DNA of 64,000 nt, from contig NC_083236.1 in the NCBI RefSeq assembly GCF_032191835.1, positions 15,934,001 to 15,998,000 of the forward strand, in the 5' to 3' direction. This DNA comes from Heteronotia binoei (Eukaryota). A model generated the notes under the pieces. It did no database searches, was not told where the DNA came from, and saw only the letters and a program-made list of their open reading frames with translations. Made by a program: the position numbers and the translations under genes. Below, piece after piece: positions 23,790 to 37,649 of this stretch (positions are counted from its first letter, which is position 1; every line of letters begins with the position of its first letter).

Positions 23790-25967
23790 GTGAGTTTTGC
23801 TTTGTCTTAATACTGAAAACTGAAAAATCATCTTACTGTTCCTAACTGGTGAAATTCTACCCAAGATACTGCTAAATAAATGTTTGTGCATGTGTTATTT
23901 TCCTTGTTTATTTTTATTTTATAATTAAAATTTACACTGTTGTAATTTCCCTGTTTTTAGAAACTAAGTAGAACATTCTGGAGTCTTATACAGAGACCTA
24001 CATTGGTGTACAGTGGGATTGTTTTCTTATCTTGATCATCTGGAAAATAATTTTGCCTTCTTTGCCTTCATGCATATCACAGTTTGCTATGGCATTTTGA
24101 ATTATACCTTTAGTACACAGCTGCACAACTCAAAGTTTCATGGGCTAGAATCAACTCTGATTGAACCTGAGTAGGCTGTATTGTGAAACTATATGACATC
24201 ATCAATTCCTGCCCTATTACATCATCAGTCCCTGCTTCATGAGTCTCAGAATTTGGGCTGCTGGGAAATAAGTAACACTGAAGCATGATTATTTTTGTCA
24301 TTTTACTGAAAGTAATGATTATATTTGGGTATATAAGAAGCTGGGCCAGAAAGAGCAAGAGGCGAAATACTCCCAAAGCCTTGTAAAATGAGGTAGCTCT
24401 CAACACAAGTAGAATCAAATTTAAGGTGTGGGTATGTGGGACCTTGGTCCCATTTTTTCCCATCCAGAATAAGAAAGGAGCATTCATGCCCAGAGTCCTT
24501 GTTACACCTAAATTCCTTTTCCTACCCTGAACCATAGTTCTTATCTGAGCCCCTGGACAATCCAGAACCTGAACCATACCAATAGCAGGATCACCTTCCC
24601 AACAGTTCTCTCTCTACCTCTTCTCCTACCTCTGAGTCAGATATGGAGCAGAGTACTGCAATGGCCTGTGTTTGGCAGAATATGCCTGACTCAAGAAGAA
24701 AGTCAAGTTTGGTCAGCAAAGTAGCCGCTGACCTTATTATTCAAGGTACTTTGGAATATCCAAAAAAGTCTAGAGTCTCTTCCATGCAATTGGAAGGATT
24801 TGAGGTAGGTATGCCCCACCAATATTAGTATCCTTTTGATTGTTTAAGAGGATACTTAAAACTTTTCCCTTGTGGTTTACTTAATTCATTTCTGAGTTTG
24901 CATTATTATCTTTGGAAAGTTGGTATCATTAGCTATCCAAACTGCTGTGGCTCTTTGTTGAAATTCTCTGGTTATTTTAAAATACATTTTGCTTTGATTT
25001 GCCTGTGATTGCTGGGTATAGATTTGATGTGTGCATTTGTTGTGTTTGTAGTTATATTTTTCAATATTTTAATTGCATATATAATTTAGATTTTATTATG
25101 ATAACTCTACATAATTCTATTTGAAACATATTTAGATAATCACTGATCAGTAACTTAATGAAGTTGTGTCAGAATGTAAAGTGACATACATGTTAAATCA
25201 AAGTTTCAATATTACAGGGCCAGTTTAGTCCACAGTTGCAAGACTCCTTCCTTCCTCAGTTGCATTTCTCCTGTACATATAAAGCTGTGCCACAAGCTGG
25301 AAGCAAAATACTTGGATTTAATAACATTTTATCACATCAGTGTCAGTAAATAAAGTTGGATGAAATTACATAAAAGACTACCGACGTTTGGTGTATTCTG
25401 CTTTGCGCTGCCTGACTTCAATTCTAACTCAGTCTAAGAATTTAAGAACCATAAAATCAGATGAGTTTGTTGTTACTTGTAGTAAAGCTGGAAAAAAAAA
25501 CCATTTAAACATGTATGGGAGCAATCCTACTCAGAAGTAAGTTCCATGTTATTCAGTGAAACTTACTCCCAAGCAAGTGTTATTAGGATTATACTTTATA
25601 CCACTAAAATGTTGAAACTAAAAGGAAAAGTCTTCCTGATTTGACTGAAATGAGATTTTCATAAGATTAAATGTAATTGAGGTTATTTTGCAATCTAGTT
25701 TAATGTATCAGTTCCTTGGTGAAGAAAAACACACATAAACACTCTTTTTAAAAAGGCTGTAATATTCTATCCACAGCACTGTACTTTTGCATTTATATCA
25801 GTAATAAAGTCAGTAGAAATTATTTTTACATCCTCAGAGCAGTTTTTAGGGACATAGTCCCAAGTAAAAATTCAAACTCTTGCCCAAGCCTAAAAGCAAA
25901 AGAAGAATTTTAGAATGGCATCATGAAATTGCTATTATGGTAAAAAATAGTCTGCAGTTTTTAGCTG

Positions 25968-25992
25968 AGACTCTGGGTGCCGCTGTTCACCA
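25968..25992 (+). promoter_or_regulatory. CSE of gene 4
   Basis: agactctgggtgccgctgttcacca; CGCT at 25981-25984. Confidence 0.85.
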
Positions 25993-26174
25993 GCTTGATT
26001 CCAGCTAACACAGTCTAGCAGTTCTTTAATAGGTAAGTACAAAATATAACACAGAGATCAGACTTCTACAGACATTTTAGGGAACGGAGCACTTGCTTTG
26101 AAACCAAAATTAGTTGCAAATCCAAAAGCTTTTGTGCTAGTATCAGTGTTTTTTTTTTATCCTGCTGCCAAGAA

Positions 26175-28595
26175 ATGGAAAAAACTCAGAGGCTACGGAA
26201 CAATAGAGAAGGAATCCTGCAATGCTTTATCATGATGTTCATTTGGAAAGCAGTTTCTGCACAGATCCACTATTCCATTCCTGAAGAGATGCAGAAAGGC
26301 TCTTTTGTGGGAAATATTGCAAAAGATCTAGGAATGGATGAAAAGCATCTTTCAGAACATGGACTCCGGATTGTTTCCCGTATAGGTACAAGTCAGTATT
26401 TTACTTTAAATGTTATCAGTGGCCATTTGCAAATCTCTGACAGAATAGACAGAGAAAAAATTTGTGGAAGGGCAGGGAAATGCATGTTAAATTTCCAGGT
26501 TATTATTGAGAGTAAATTAGAGATCTATGCAGTTGAAGTGGAAATTATTGACATAAATGATAATGCTCCACAGTTCCCATCAGAGAAACAGAAACTGAAA
26601 ATTAGTGAGTCATCTATGCTAGGGTCCCAGTTTCCTCTTCCTGAAGCTCAAGATCCAGATCTGGGCATAAATTCTATACAGAACTACCATCTCCTAGGAA
26701 GCAGCCATTTTTCTTTGAGTGTGCAAACAAGAGAAACTGGTGCTAGGCATGTCAAACTGGTGCTGGAAAAAAGTCTGGACAGGGAAGAACAACCAGTTCA
26801 TGATCTCATCCTCACAGCTTCTGATGGGGGTGATCCATTGAGATCTGGCACTACTCAAATCCAAGTTATAGTCCTGGATGCGAATGACAATGCGCCAGCT
26901 TTCAGCCAACCAGTCTACAAGGTTAATGTTGAAGAAAACATCCCTAAAGGGTCCATTGTAGCCACTGTAAGGGCCATTGATGTAGATGAAGGAATCAATG
27001 GAGAAGTAAAATACTCATTCAAAAAAATCACAGAGGAAGATTCTAAAATATTTCTTTTAAACTCAACAACTGGTATCATAATGCTCACAGGCAATCTTGA
27101 TTACGAGGAGTCTTCACTATATGACTTTGAGGTGAATGCTGAGGATGGGGGAGGGCTTAGTGACTGGTCACAAGTTGTTGTTGCTGTTATGGATCTGAAT
27201 GACAATGCCCCTGAATTAGCAATAACTTTCTTAATCAATACCATACCTGAAAACTCTCCAATAGGCACTGTTATTGCTCTCTTAAATGTACAAGATCAAG
27301 ATTCAGGAGTCAATGGTGAAGTCACATGCTCAATTCCAAGCAAACTGCCTTTCCAGTTAAAGAAATCTGTTGACAGTTTTTATAGTTTAGTGACATATGA
27401 CAACCTTGACAGAGAGAGGGTAACAAACTATAATGTCATCATTACTGCTGCTGATAACGGGACCCCATCACTTTCTACATCTGCCGATATCTCACTTCAG
27501 ATTCTAGACAGAAATGACAATGCTCCTGTATTTGCAGAATCATCCTACATGTGTTATTTCCCAGAGAATAATCCCAGAGGAGCGTCGATATTTTCTTTAA
27601 CAGCAAATGATCCAGACTGGGAAGAAAATTCCAGAATAACTTATTCAATCATTGAAGGACACAAGAAGTCCATCGTTTCATCATACCTGTCCATTAATTC
27701 TGAAACTGGGATTATTTATGCCTTAAACTCATTCGACTATGAAGAGTTCCAAGAGATTCACTTCCTAGTCCGGGGCCAAGATGGAGGCTCCCCACCACTC
27801 AGCTGCAATGTCTCAGTGACCCTCTTCATCCTCGATCAGAATGACAATGCCCCAGAAATCTTGTACCCTTCTCTCCCCAGTGATGGTTCCACTGGTGTAG
27901 AGTTGGCCCCCCTCTCTTCTGAGCCTGGATATCTGGTCACTAAAGTGGTGGCAGTGGATGCAGACTCTGGCCAGAATGGCTGGCTCTCCTATCAATTACT
28001 CAAGGCCACAGAGCCAGGGCTCTTCTCCATAGGCCTCCACACTGGAGAGATTAGGACAGCCCGTTTCTTTCTGGACAAGGATGCTCTTAAGCAAAGCCTG
28101 GTGGTTTTAGTGAAGGACAATGGGCAGCCCTCTCTCTCTGCCTCAGTCACGGTCACTGTGGTGCTGGCCGACAGCATCCCTGATGCACTGAGTGACTTCA
28201 GCAGCATCTCGGTTCCTGAAGACCTGCGTTCGGATCTCACCTCCTACCTGGTGGTCGCCGTGGCATTTGTCTCCTGCTTGTTTTTTGTCTTCCTTCTTGT
28301 ATTACTGGCACTCCGACTTCGTAAGTGGAGGAATTCTCAGTTGTGTGATTCTAGAAATGTGAATTTCACTGGTGTTCCTGTCTCACAGTTTGTGGGGATT
28401 GATGGAGTTCGAGCATTTCTTCAATCCTATTGCCATGAGCTTTCATTAACTTCAGGCTCTCGAAAAAGCCAGATTCTTTTTCCAGTTGGAAGCTGCACAA
28501 ATACCCTGACACCACAACAGGCTTGTGATCAACCAGATCCTTTGCTAATAACAGGTGATTCAGCCATAATTTTTGAAGAAGCAGCAATCAGTCAG
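26175..28595 (+). CDS. PCDHGA-like: Protocadherin gammaA-like variable exon 4 (807 codons)
   Basis: Full ORF; in-phase donor CAG|gtaggc at 28596. Confidence 0.93.
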
Positions 28596-29559
28596 GTAGG
28601 CATGTAAATTCCATTTATTTTAATGTTAAAGTTTGATCTTTGGGTTTATAAAATAGAGATACTGTACTTGTATAATCCTTGTTTAATAATAGGCATTTGA
28701 CTCAGGTGTTGTCTGTATCAGTCTTTATAGTTTATGTTTCACAGTTTTTGGTTACTACTGAAGTGTGAAAATTTCTTAATATGTCTAATTTCAAATGGCT
28801 ACTTCTACCTACCTCAGATAATAGAGGAATTGGTCATGGTCCCCTACCTGGGCCAAAAATTGCACTGCACACATCCACTCTTACTCCCTTTCACCTGTCC
28901 CCATTAACCATATGATAGATCAGGTGAACTATCAATAATTGGGTAATCAAATATGTTATACTGGAAAGGTCTGAAGTACCCTTCTGTTTGCCTTGGTAGT
29001 TCTGTTTGCCTTGGTTGAGATATTGTTCCAATTGAGATATTATATACACTGTGAGGATATCAGGAGATTCCAAAGGTGTAATAGTTAAAAAACTTAGATA
29101 GCTGTAAGAATAACTCATACTCAGATCCAAAGTTCTTTTCAGATTGACTTGAGGACTTCTCTTTGATAGATTTATATAAATATTGCTGTCTGCATCAAAG
29201 CACCAATTTCTGTTAATACTGACAAAAATCATTAAATGATTGATTGTTCTTTAATGCTGACCGAATGTGGTAGTGCGGCAAAAACCCCAATTATGGTACC
29301 ATGAGTTTCACTATCAGACTCAGACAGCTAAAATAACTGAGACTAGATATTGAATAACTCACTCCTCTTAAAGAGATTAGAAATCTTCTGCATGATGAGC
29401 AATACCTTAGACATGCTTTTTTCATCATTTAGGAACATCCCAGATCATATATTAGGGGATACTTGGAAATACACACAGAAATATCAGGCAAATGAAAATG
29501 TCATTGATACCTAAGTACCCCCCAAAAAAAGTGGCATTCTACTTCACTGATACAGAGAA

Positions 29560-30070
29560 GGCTTTTGAAAGGAGTGAGTGGAATTTTCTGATTGGAACCC
29601 TACTTGCATCTGGTTTCAGGGACGTTTCAAGAAGTGGATTACTCTAATGTTAGTCTTCCAGTAATGTTATTTAACAGGCAGGCTAGGTTTTGCCTCTCTC
29701 CAAGAGCAACCAGTGAGAGCTGATGGTCTGTTGAGAGGGAGAGGCTTGGAGAACAAGAGTTGAAAAATGACAGGGGGTTAGCAGCAGACAAATGGACTGA
29801 AGTAAAAAGAGGGTTTTCTGACTTTGGGGGGGGGGGGACCTCTATAGAAGAACTGCGTAGAACAGGCAGAAAATAGTAAATTTGTAACTAAAGGATCCCA
29901 GCTGTAGTTACGGGACCTTAGTTCAAAAGTTCAAGTGAAGGGAAGTGTTTCTTAGACTTACTTTCCTCAACGTTTTGTTCTTATAAATAAAAGTTTCTTG
30001 TTTCAAATAACCCAGCAGGGCTGCATATTTAAGGACAAAAACACACTATTTAATATCTTGGTCTTTACAC
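29560..30070 (+). mobile_element. Possible solo LTR (Gypsy-like)
   Basis: Purine-rich middle, AATAAA near 29986, and an end in ...ctttacaca. Boundaries and TSD not verified. Confidence 0.3.
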
Positions 30071-31502
30071 ATATATTACAAGATATGAATTAATGGTGTT
30101 TGGAACAATCCCAATTGCTGTCTGTGAGTGAGCAGCTTATTAAAGGGGCTGGGCTATCCTGTCTGTGAATGTCTCTGGGAGTGAGAGAGGGGACATGAGG
30201 TGTGAGATAGTCATTACTCTGTAGCTTTTAAAAGAAACAAGAAGGGTGGTAAGTGTGATGTCCTGACTTGTGTATAACCCATAACCTGAAGAAGAGAGGT
30301 TGTAGAGGATGGCAGGCACTCTGCATGAGTGGACAAAATGTGTCACAATCTGTGTACAGAAGTTTTGGCAATTTGATTAAGAAGGATATTCAGGATATTG
30401 GGGTAGTGAATTTAGTCAATAAAACGTTGTTTTATGCAGATGATCTGTTTTCTACATTGTGTAAACCCCCTAATTTCTTTTGCTAATGTAGTCAGACTAT
30501 TAAGTGAATTTAATATGATCTAAAACTATAAGATTAACCCAGAGAAATTGGTGTTGCTAGAAATCAGTATGGTGGTGCATAAGGACATGTGCTGGAAACT
30601 CGACAGGATCCCAGTGGAGATGTGAAGGAGTCTTGCTTGTACATAATGTAGATAGGCTGATGAGAGAGAATTTTCAGCCAGTAGTAAAGCAGGGGAAAAT
30701 GGTTTTGACAGCTCTGGCAAATTTAAAATTTTGTGTTTGGACAAAATAGCCAATAGAAAAGGGAAGAGTCTGACAATTCTTCAAATTCCTGAGGTTTTGT
30801 TTTTAAAGATCCTAATGTGATAAATAAATATATTTGGAATTTCAAGTCGCCTTGAATAAAAGCTAAAATAATGCAGTGAAGTTAAGTACAGTTCTAAACA
30901 TTACAAAATATGCAAGTATCTCAGATTAATTACTACAGTAGTTTACTTATGATGGTATTTATCCTTCTTGGGGGGCAACAGGAATTTGGAGCAAACATAC
31001 CATTCTCTGCCTGGATGGTTGTAAACAAGGCAGTATCGATGGGGGCAGGTAAATATCAGATAAGCAAATCCTGGATTTTGGAACACTGCAAAGACGTAGA
31101 GGCTTAGGAAATTGACTAAACCCTGGACTGTCCATGACATGCCCCTGCTGTCATCCAGTTCTGCATCAGCTGGGTTATGGCATAGTGTTGCATTAATGTT
31201 GGGGGTGTACCTGGGCCTGGGGAGACTTAGGATGGTAAGTCCTGGTCTTCCCATGACATGTCCCCGCTACCATCCAGTTCTATCTTGGCATGGTTCCAGC
31301 AGGGTTTGCCACCAGCATATTCTCAGGATACACTGATGTAGGAGTTTGTTGCCATCCTAAGCCCATTCAAGGCAGGGTTTAGGAAGGCACCATATATGGC
31401 AGCAAGCTCCCTTTTCATGTTCTTTGCCGCAATTTAACAATTTTCCATGATACAATATTGCTTTAGTATTTTATCAGATATGTGCTTGAGATTATGCCAT
31501 GA

Positions 31503-31692
31503 GTGTGTGTGTGTAAAGTGCTGTTAAGTCACAGCTGATTTATGGTGGCCCCAGCAAGGGGTTCTCAAAGCAAGTGAGAAGCAGAGGTGATTGGCCATGG
31601 CCTTCCTCTGCAGAGTCTTCCTTGGAGGTGTCGCTTTCATGTGCTGATCACTTAGCTTCCAAGATCAGGCTGTGCCATGCTGCCTACCCTCC
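31503..31692 (-). mobile_element. 5S rRNA-derived SINE with RTE-like tail
   Basis: Minus strand gcctgatcttggaagctaag resembles 5S rRNA (gatctcggaagctaag). It is followed by gaggaaggccatggccaatcacctct and a (ca)n tail. Confidence 0.7.
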
Positions 31693-33490
31693 CATTCCAT
31701 GAGTACAATGTATTAAATATATCGGACTCCAATAACTTTAAATAAAGAAATGGTAATATGAAATGGATAGATGTAGGGACAAACTGATATACCTTGGGAG
31801 TGGTCAGTTTTGGAGGATATTTGGCAGTACTTACTAACACATAATAATTTAGCTTTTAGTACAGTTTCCTTCTTTACATTTAACCATTTTTTTAAAAAAG
31901 TTGTAATTAATGGAGTTCTGCAAAGATCTAGCAAGGTGATTATCTACTTTTCTGTCCCTCAGTGCTCTCTGTTGCTATCATTAATATATAGTGGCATTTC
32001 CATATTTATTTTATTTATTTATTTATTTATTACTTTGCATTTATATCCCACCCTCTCCGCAAGCGGACTCAGGGTGTTCACATTTCACATTAATTGCTGC
32101 ATTTTAAGAGGAAATAAAATTGAAGACCATATGAACTAAAGATATATCTTTAAATACTCTGAAAAAGAAATGATGGAGGATGGAACTGCAGTGCCTTCAT
32201 TCCTCCACCAGTCTTTTTACCAGCTTGTACCCCTCCAGCCCACTATCACCAGAAGGTCTCTGTTTTCCCATGGAGCTACAGAGGGCTTGTGGGGGCAGTG
32301 CCTTCTGAGAAATAACATACTAGCTCTCACTTAATTCTTAGATTTCATTGTTTAAAAAGCAATTCTCTAGAACTTTTTGGAGACCTAAAGAAAAACAAGC
32401 TAAGCCATGTTCACTAGATTGCCTGGAGAAAAGACCTTCATCTGTCCCTTGTATTTTTTTTTAGGTTATTAGTACACCTGGATAAAGTTCCTGAAGAGAG
32501 TATAAAACATTTTATGGAGTGAATAATACATAGCTACATAATATTTTCTAGCATCATAGCCTTGTTCCCTCCACCCCACAATCAGTTGGAAACCTGAATT
32601 CTTCTCAGGTGCTCCATTTATGAAGAAGTTCAAGACTGTATATTTCCACCTGCATTTGGCTCTTTAGAGGGTTCTGGGTTACCTGCCATTTAACTGGATG
32701 AAACATTATCACTGCCTCTAGTGAAATTGTGACTTTATGAATGTGAAGTGCTAAAATGATTTACTCTAACAATGGAATACTGGGTAGATATAGACTCTTT
32801 TAATGTAATTTCATTCACTGACCATTCTTGAATGAAGGGTGTGCATGTAAACTTGGGAACCTGGTGTTTGAAATCCAATTCAGTTTAAATTAATAAATCA
32901 ACTAAAGCATATTGAACATGTTAAGGTTGTTGCAATTTCAAACTGTTGAAATTGCCCCCTCACTGGACTCTTCCACTCTCACATGATAAAATTTCAAGCT
33001 ACATGCCTGCTGTTGCATCATAGGGGATATCAGAAGATCAATGGGAGAAATACACAGGACAGTTGGGTTGCCTCAGAGAATCTGAAGATCTAAGGATAAT
33101 ATGTGGGTGAGCACTCAGTCATCTTTATCCTCATAAGCTTATTTTTATTTTGATAAATCTCTTTTCCTACTTACATGCATATATTGATCAATCCCATAAA
33201 CAAAAGAAAAAGAAAAAACCCTAAACATAGTGTATTAATCAAATACACATGCACAACAGAAAGTGGACTAACAGATTTAAGGTTAGTACTTCTGTATACA
33301 TAGGCTCTTCTTTAAACTGTTAGGATACACTTATTATCCCCCTCAGGTTCGTTTGCTTAATCAGATTCTGGATCCATAGATCTGAAATTCAGGTGTTGGG
33401 CAGATTTTTTTTACGAAGAAAAGAAAGACTCTAATGACCAAAGATGTGAAAATAATTTCATGACAAAAAACAACTGAAGTTTTGGGATGA

Positions 33491-33513
33491 GACTCTGGGT
33501 GTCGCTGTTCACT
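33491..33513 (+). promoter_or_regulatory. CSE of gene 5
   Basis: gactctgggtgtcgctgttcact; CGCT at 33503-33506. Confidence 0.85.
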
Positions 33514-33685
33514 AATTCAGCAGAGAAATGCACTCAAATCAGCCAGTTCAGCTTCAAGATTCTTCACTATTCAGAGTAACAAAGTGACCAGGAGTAAATC
33601 AAACGCAACATTGGATTTAAGAAAAAACAGAGAGACGCTATCCTGTTCCAGTGAGAACCAGTGCCTTTTACCTTCCTGTCAGGAG

Positions 33686-36112
33686 ATGGAAGAAACACAG
33701 AAGCTCTGGAGCTGCAAAAAGAAGGGAATCTTTCTATATCTAATGCTGTTGTTTATTTGGAAAGCAGTTGCTGTGCATATTCACTATTCCATTCCAGAAG
33801 AGATGCAGAAAGGCTCTTTTGTGGGAAATATTGCAGAGGATCTGGGAATGGATGGAAAGCATCTTCCAGACCATGACCTGCGGATAGTTACAAGAACAGG
33901 TATGGTTCAGTATTTTTCTTTAAACATCCACAGTGGTCATTTACAGACCTCTGAGAGAATAGACAGAGAGGCAATTTGTGGACAGGCAGAGAAATGCATC
34001 TTAAATTTTCAGGTTATTGTTGAAAGTAAAAGAAAACTGTATGGAGTTGAAGTAGAAATTACAGATATAAATGACAATGCTCCTCACTTTCCTCCTGGGG
34101 AACAGGAACTGAAAATCAATGAAATATCTATCCAAGGGTCCCGGTTTCCTCTTCCTGAAGCGCAAGATCAAGATCTTGGCATGAATTCTGTGCAGAGTTA
34201 CCAGCTCACGGGCAGCAGCCATTTTTCTTTGGATGTGAAAATGGGAGAAAACAGTGCTAGGCATGTGGAGTTAGTATTGGAAAAAAGTCTTGACAGGGAA
34301 GAGCAATCAATGTATGAACTAGTCCTTACAGCTACTGATGGAGGTGATCCTATTAGAACTGGCACTGCTCAAATCAAAGTCATTGTTTCAGATATGAATG
34401 ACAATGCGCCAATCTTCAGTCAGTCACTCTATGTAGTGAGTATTGAGGAGAATATTCCTAAAGGATCCACAATCTGTAGAGTTAGAGCTGTTGATCTAGA
34501 TGAAGGAATCAATGGAGAGCTGAAATACTCCTTCAAAAAAGCCACCAAGAAGGACTCACAAATGTTTCTTTTAAACTCAACAACTGGTACAATAACAGTC
34601 ATGGGGGACATTGACTTTGAAGAATCACCTTTTTATGAATTAGAGGTGCACGCTGAGGATTATGGAGGACTGTTCGACAGGGCAAAGGTTGAGATCACCA
34701 TTACAGATCTGAATGACAATGTGCCTGAGTTAACTGTAACCTTTCTTGCAAACTCAATCAAGGAGAACTCACCATCTGGAACTGTTATTGCTATTTTAAA
34801 TGTAGAAGACCAAGATTCAGGAATGAATGGTGAAGTCACATGTTTGATTCCCCAGATTCTCCCTTTTCAACTTAAAAAATCTACAGATAACTTCTACAGT
34901 TTGGTAACAGCGGATGCCCTTGATAGGGAGCAGAGAGATTCATACAATATCACTGTTTCTGTAAGTGATCATGGGACACCTCCTCTTTCTACAGCCATGC
35001 TGATAGCACTTCACATTATAGATACAAATGATAACCCTCCACGCTTTTCAGAATCAATCTACACATCTTATTTCATGGAAAATAACCAGAGAGGAGCTTC
35101 AATCTTTTCCCTAACAGCAAGTGATCCTGACTGGGAAGAGAACTCCAGAATAACTTATTCTATAATTCAAAGAAATATCAATGATTCCTCCCTTTCTTCC
35201 TACATTTCCATTAATTCTGAGACTGGGATTATTTATGCCTTGCATACATTTGATTATGAAGAGTTCCAGGAGATTAACTTCCAGGTCAAGGCCCAAGATG
35301 GAGGCTCCCCACCACTCAGCTCTAATGTCTCAGTGACACTCTTCATCCTTGATCAGAATGACAATGCCCCCCAAATCTTGTACCCTTCATCCCCCAGTGA
35401 TGACTCCACTGGAGTAGAGTTGGCCCCTCGCTCCTCTGAGCTGGGTTACATTGTTACTAAGGTGGTGGCAGTGGATGCAGACTCTGGGCAGAATGCCTGG
35501 CTCTCCTATCAATTACTCAAGGCCACAGAGCCAGGGCTCTTCACCATAGGCATCCACACTGGAGAGATCAGGACAGCCCGTTTCTTCCTGGACAAGGATG
35601 CTCTCAAGCAAAGCCTAGTGGTTTTAGTGAAGGATAATGGGCAGCCCCCTCTCTCTGCCTCAGTTACAGTAACTGTGGTGCTGGCCGACAGCATCCCTGA
35701 AAGCCTCTCTGATATTAGCAGCATCTCAGTTCCTGCAGACCCTCAATCAGATCTCACCTTCTACCTGGTAGTTGCTGTGGCTTTTGTCTCCTGTTTGTTT
35801 TTCACTTTCCTGCTTGTGTTGCTGTCCATCAGAATGTACAAATGGAGAAATTCACAGCTGTGTGATTCTGGAAGTGTGAATTTCAATGGTGTACCTGTCT
35901 CGCAATTTGTGGGGATTGATGGCGTGCGAGCATTTCTTCACTCGTATTGCCAAGAGATTTCTCTCACCACAGACTCTAGGAAAAGCCAGTTCAATATTTC
36001 CAACGGAAATGATTCCAATACTCTGACAGACCACTTGACTAGTGAGGTAAAGGATCCTATCCTAGCTGGTGAAGATTTTAATTTAACCAGTGGAGATCAG
36101 ATCATACTCCAG
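33686..36112 (+). CDS. PCDHGA-like: Protocadherin gammaA-like variable exon 5 (809 codons)
   Basis: The likely start is ATG 33686 (gagATGg, MEETQK..., homologous to the starts of genes 4, 6 and 8); the track start at 33584 is a GTG. Donor CAG|gtgagc at 36113. Confidence 0.93.
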
Positions 36113-36988
36113 GTGAGCTAGCTTTTTGTTGTTAAATTGTCGAGTAATTATTTATCTTTTACCCAGATTTTAAGTGCTGCTTCTTGCATTTATCTCTTAT
36201 TCAGCTCTTTCCCCCCCATTAAGTCATCATCCTATATCTTTGTAATTTTTTGCATGAAACGTTCAAGTAATAACAGTTGGCTCGATGCAGGAAATTATTA
36301 GCTAATAACCATTAACCATTTGGCTAGTGGATAATACCACAATCAGGTGTCTCATGTTCTTTAGGTATATTTTTGGTACTATTTGCAGATATTTAATAAC
36401 ATTGTCACTGAGAGAGCAAGTGGGGCATGGTCTTAGTTCAAATATGAAAATATTAAATAGCATTCATGTAAGAAGCAGACTACATTTGAATGTATCAAAG
36501 GGGTATGGAAACTGAAAAGATACATGTAATACAAATATAGTTAAATGGGAAATTTGAGTATCATGATTTTAAAAAGGCAAAAGTCCATATTTAAGCATAA
36601 AGAATTAAATGCACAGATGGGAATACCTAGGTTAGAGTAGCACATGGGACAAAAATCTCAGTATTACAGTTGATCGCAAATCAAACATGAGTCTGCAGTG
36701 TGACACAGCTACAAAAAAGGTAATGCTGTGTAGGCATGGGAATTTTGACGCAATGTGGTGGGCACAACCACAAACCAGCTGGCATGGGAGGCAGAGCCAA
36801 CCACAACGTTTGTGCTTAAGGAGACGGAGCCATATGTTCAAACACGGGGGGTGGGGGGAGTAAAAGTGCAAGGGAGACAAGGGGTAAGTTTTAAAAAATA
36901 CACTGGGAAAGAGGAGTGAGTGTGTGTGAGAGGACAAAATCAACACTCTGGTAGCAGCTGCTGCTGAAATGTTTTCAAAAATTTAAAC

Positions 36989-37268
36989 AGAAGAAGAAGA
37001 TATTGGATTTATATCCCACCCTCCACTCTGAAGAGTCTCAGAGCAGCTCACAATCTCCTTTTCCTTCCTCCCCCACAACAGACACCCTGTGAGGTGGGTG
37101 GGGCTGCAGAGGGCTCTCCCAGCAGCTGCCCTTTCAAGGACAACCTCTGCCAGAGCTATGGCTGACCCGAGGCCATTCCAGCAGGTGCAAGTGGAGGAGC
37201 GGGGAATCAAACCCAGTTCTCCCAGATAAGAGTCTGCACACTTAACCACTACACCAAACTGGCTCTCC
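36989..37268 (-). mobile_element. Young MIR/Ther1-derived (Squam3-like, gecko-type) SINE inside a hAT MITE remnant (about 36750-37410)
   Basis: Minus strand ggagagccagtttggtgtagtggttaag...gggtttgattccc...cctcacagggtgtctgttgtgggg...atcttcttcttct. The right flank ends in ggcaccatgtcggggacccctg. Confidence 0.8.
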
Positions 37269-37649
37269 AGACAGCCAGTTTGATCTCCAGTGCTCTGCTG
37301 GGCAAACCCCCACTTGGTCCTGCTTGCTCTTAAAAAAAACTTTGCAGGTGCCAGAAAAGGTGTCAGTGGTCATTGTGGTACCCACAGGCACCATGTCGGG
37401 GACCCCTGGGTTAGAGCGTCAGACTGGGACACCAATTTAAATCCCCATTCTGATATGTAAGCTTTGGGCCAGTCACACACACTCAGCCTAATCTAACTCA
37501 CGGGGTTGTTGTGAGGGTAACACTGAGGAGGGGATAACAATGTGGGGGAGACAAGTAGGGTATAAATCCGTTGCGGAGACAAGTAGGGTATAAATGAGGC
37601 AACTAAATATGTCACTCTGCTGTGAACTAGCAGACCTTTTACGGATAAC

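Noticed and set aside
29826-29837. 12-G run and other homopolymers or short tandem duplications (e.g. 37545-37595, 52978-53080)
   Set aside because: Ordinary slippage within repeats; no supporting context.
31640-31675. 5S rRNA similarity
   Set aside because: Only about 20 nt within a SINE; not an rRNA gene.
33584-33685. N-terminal extension of gene 5 shown in the ORF track
   Set aside because: It starts at a GTG; paralog comparison places the start at ATG 33686.
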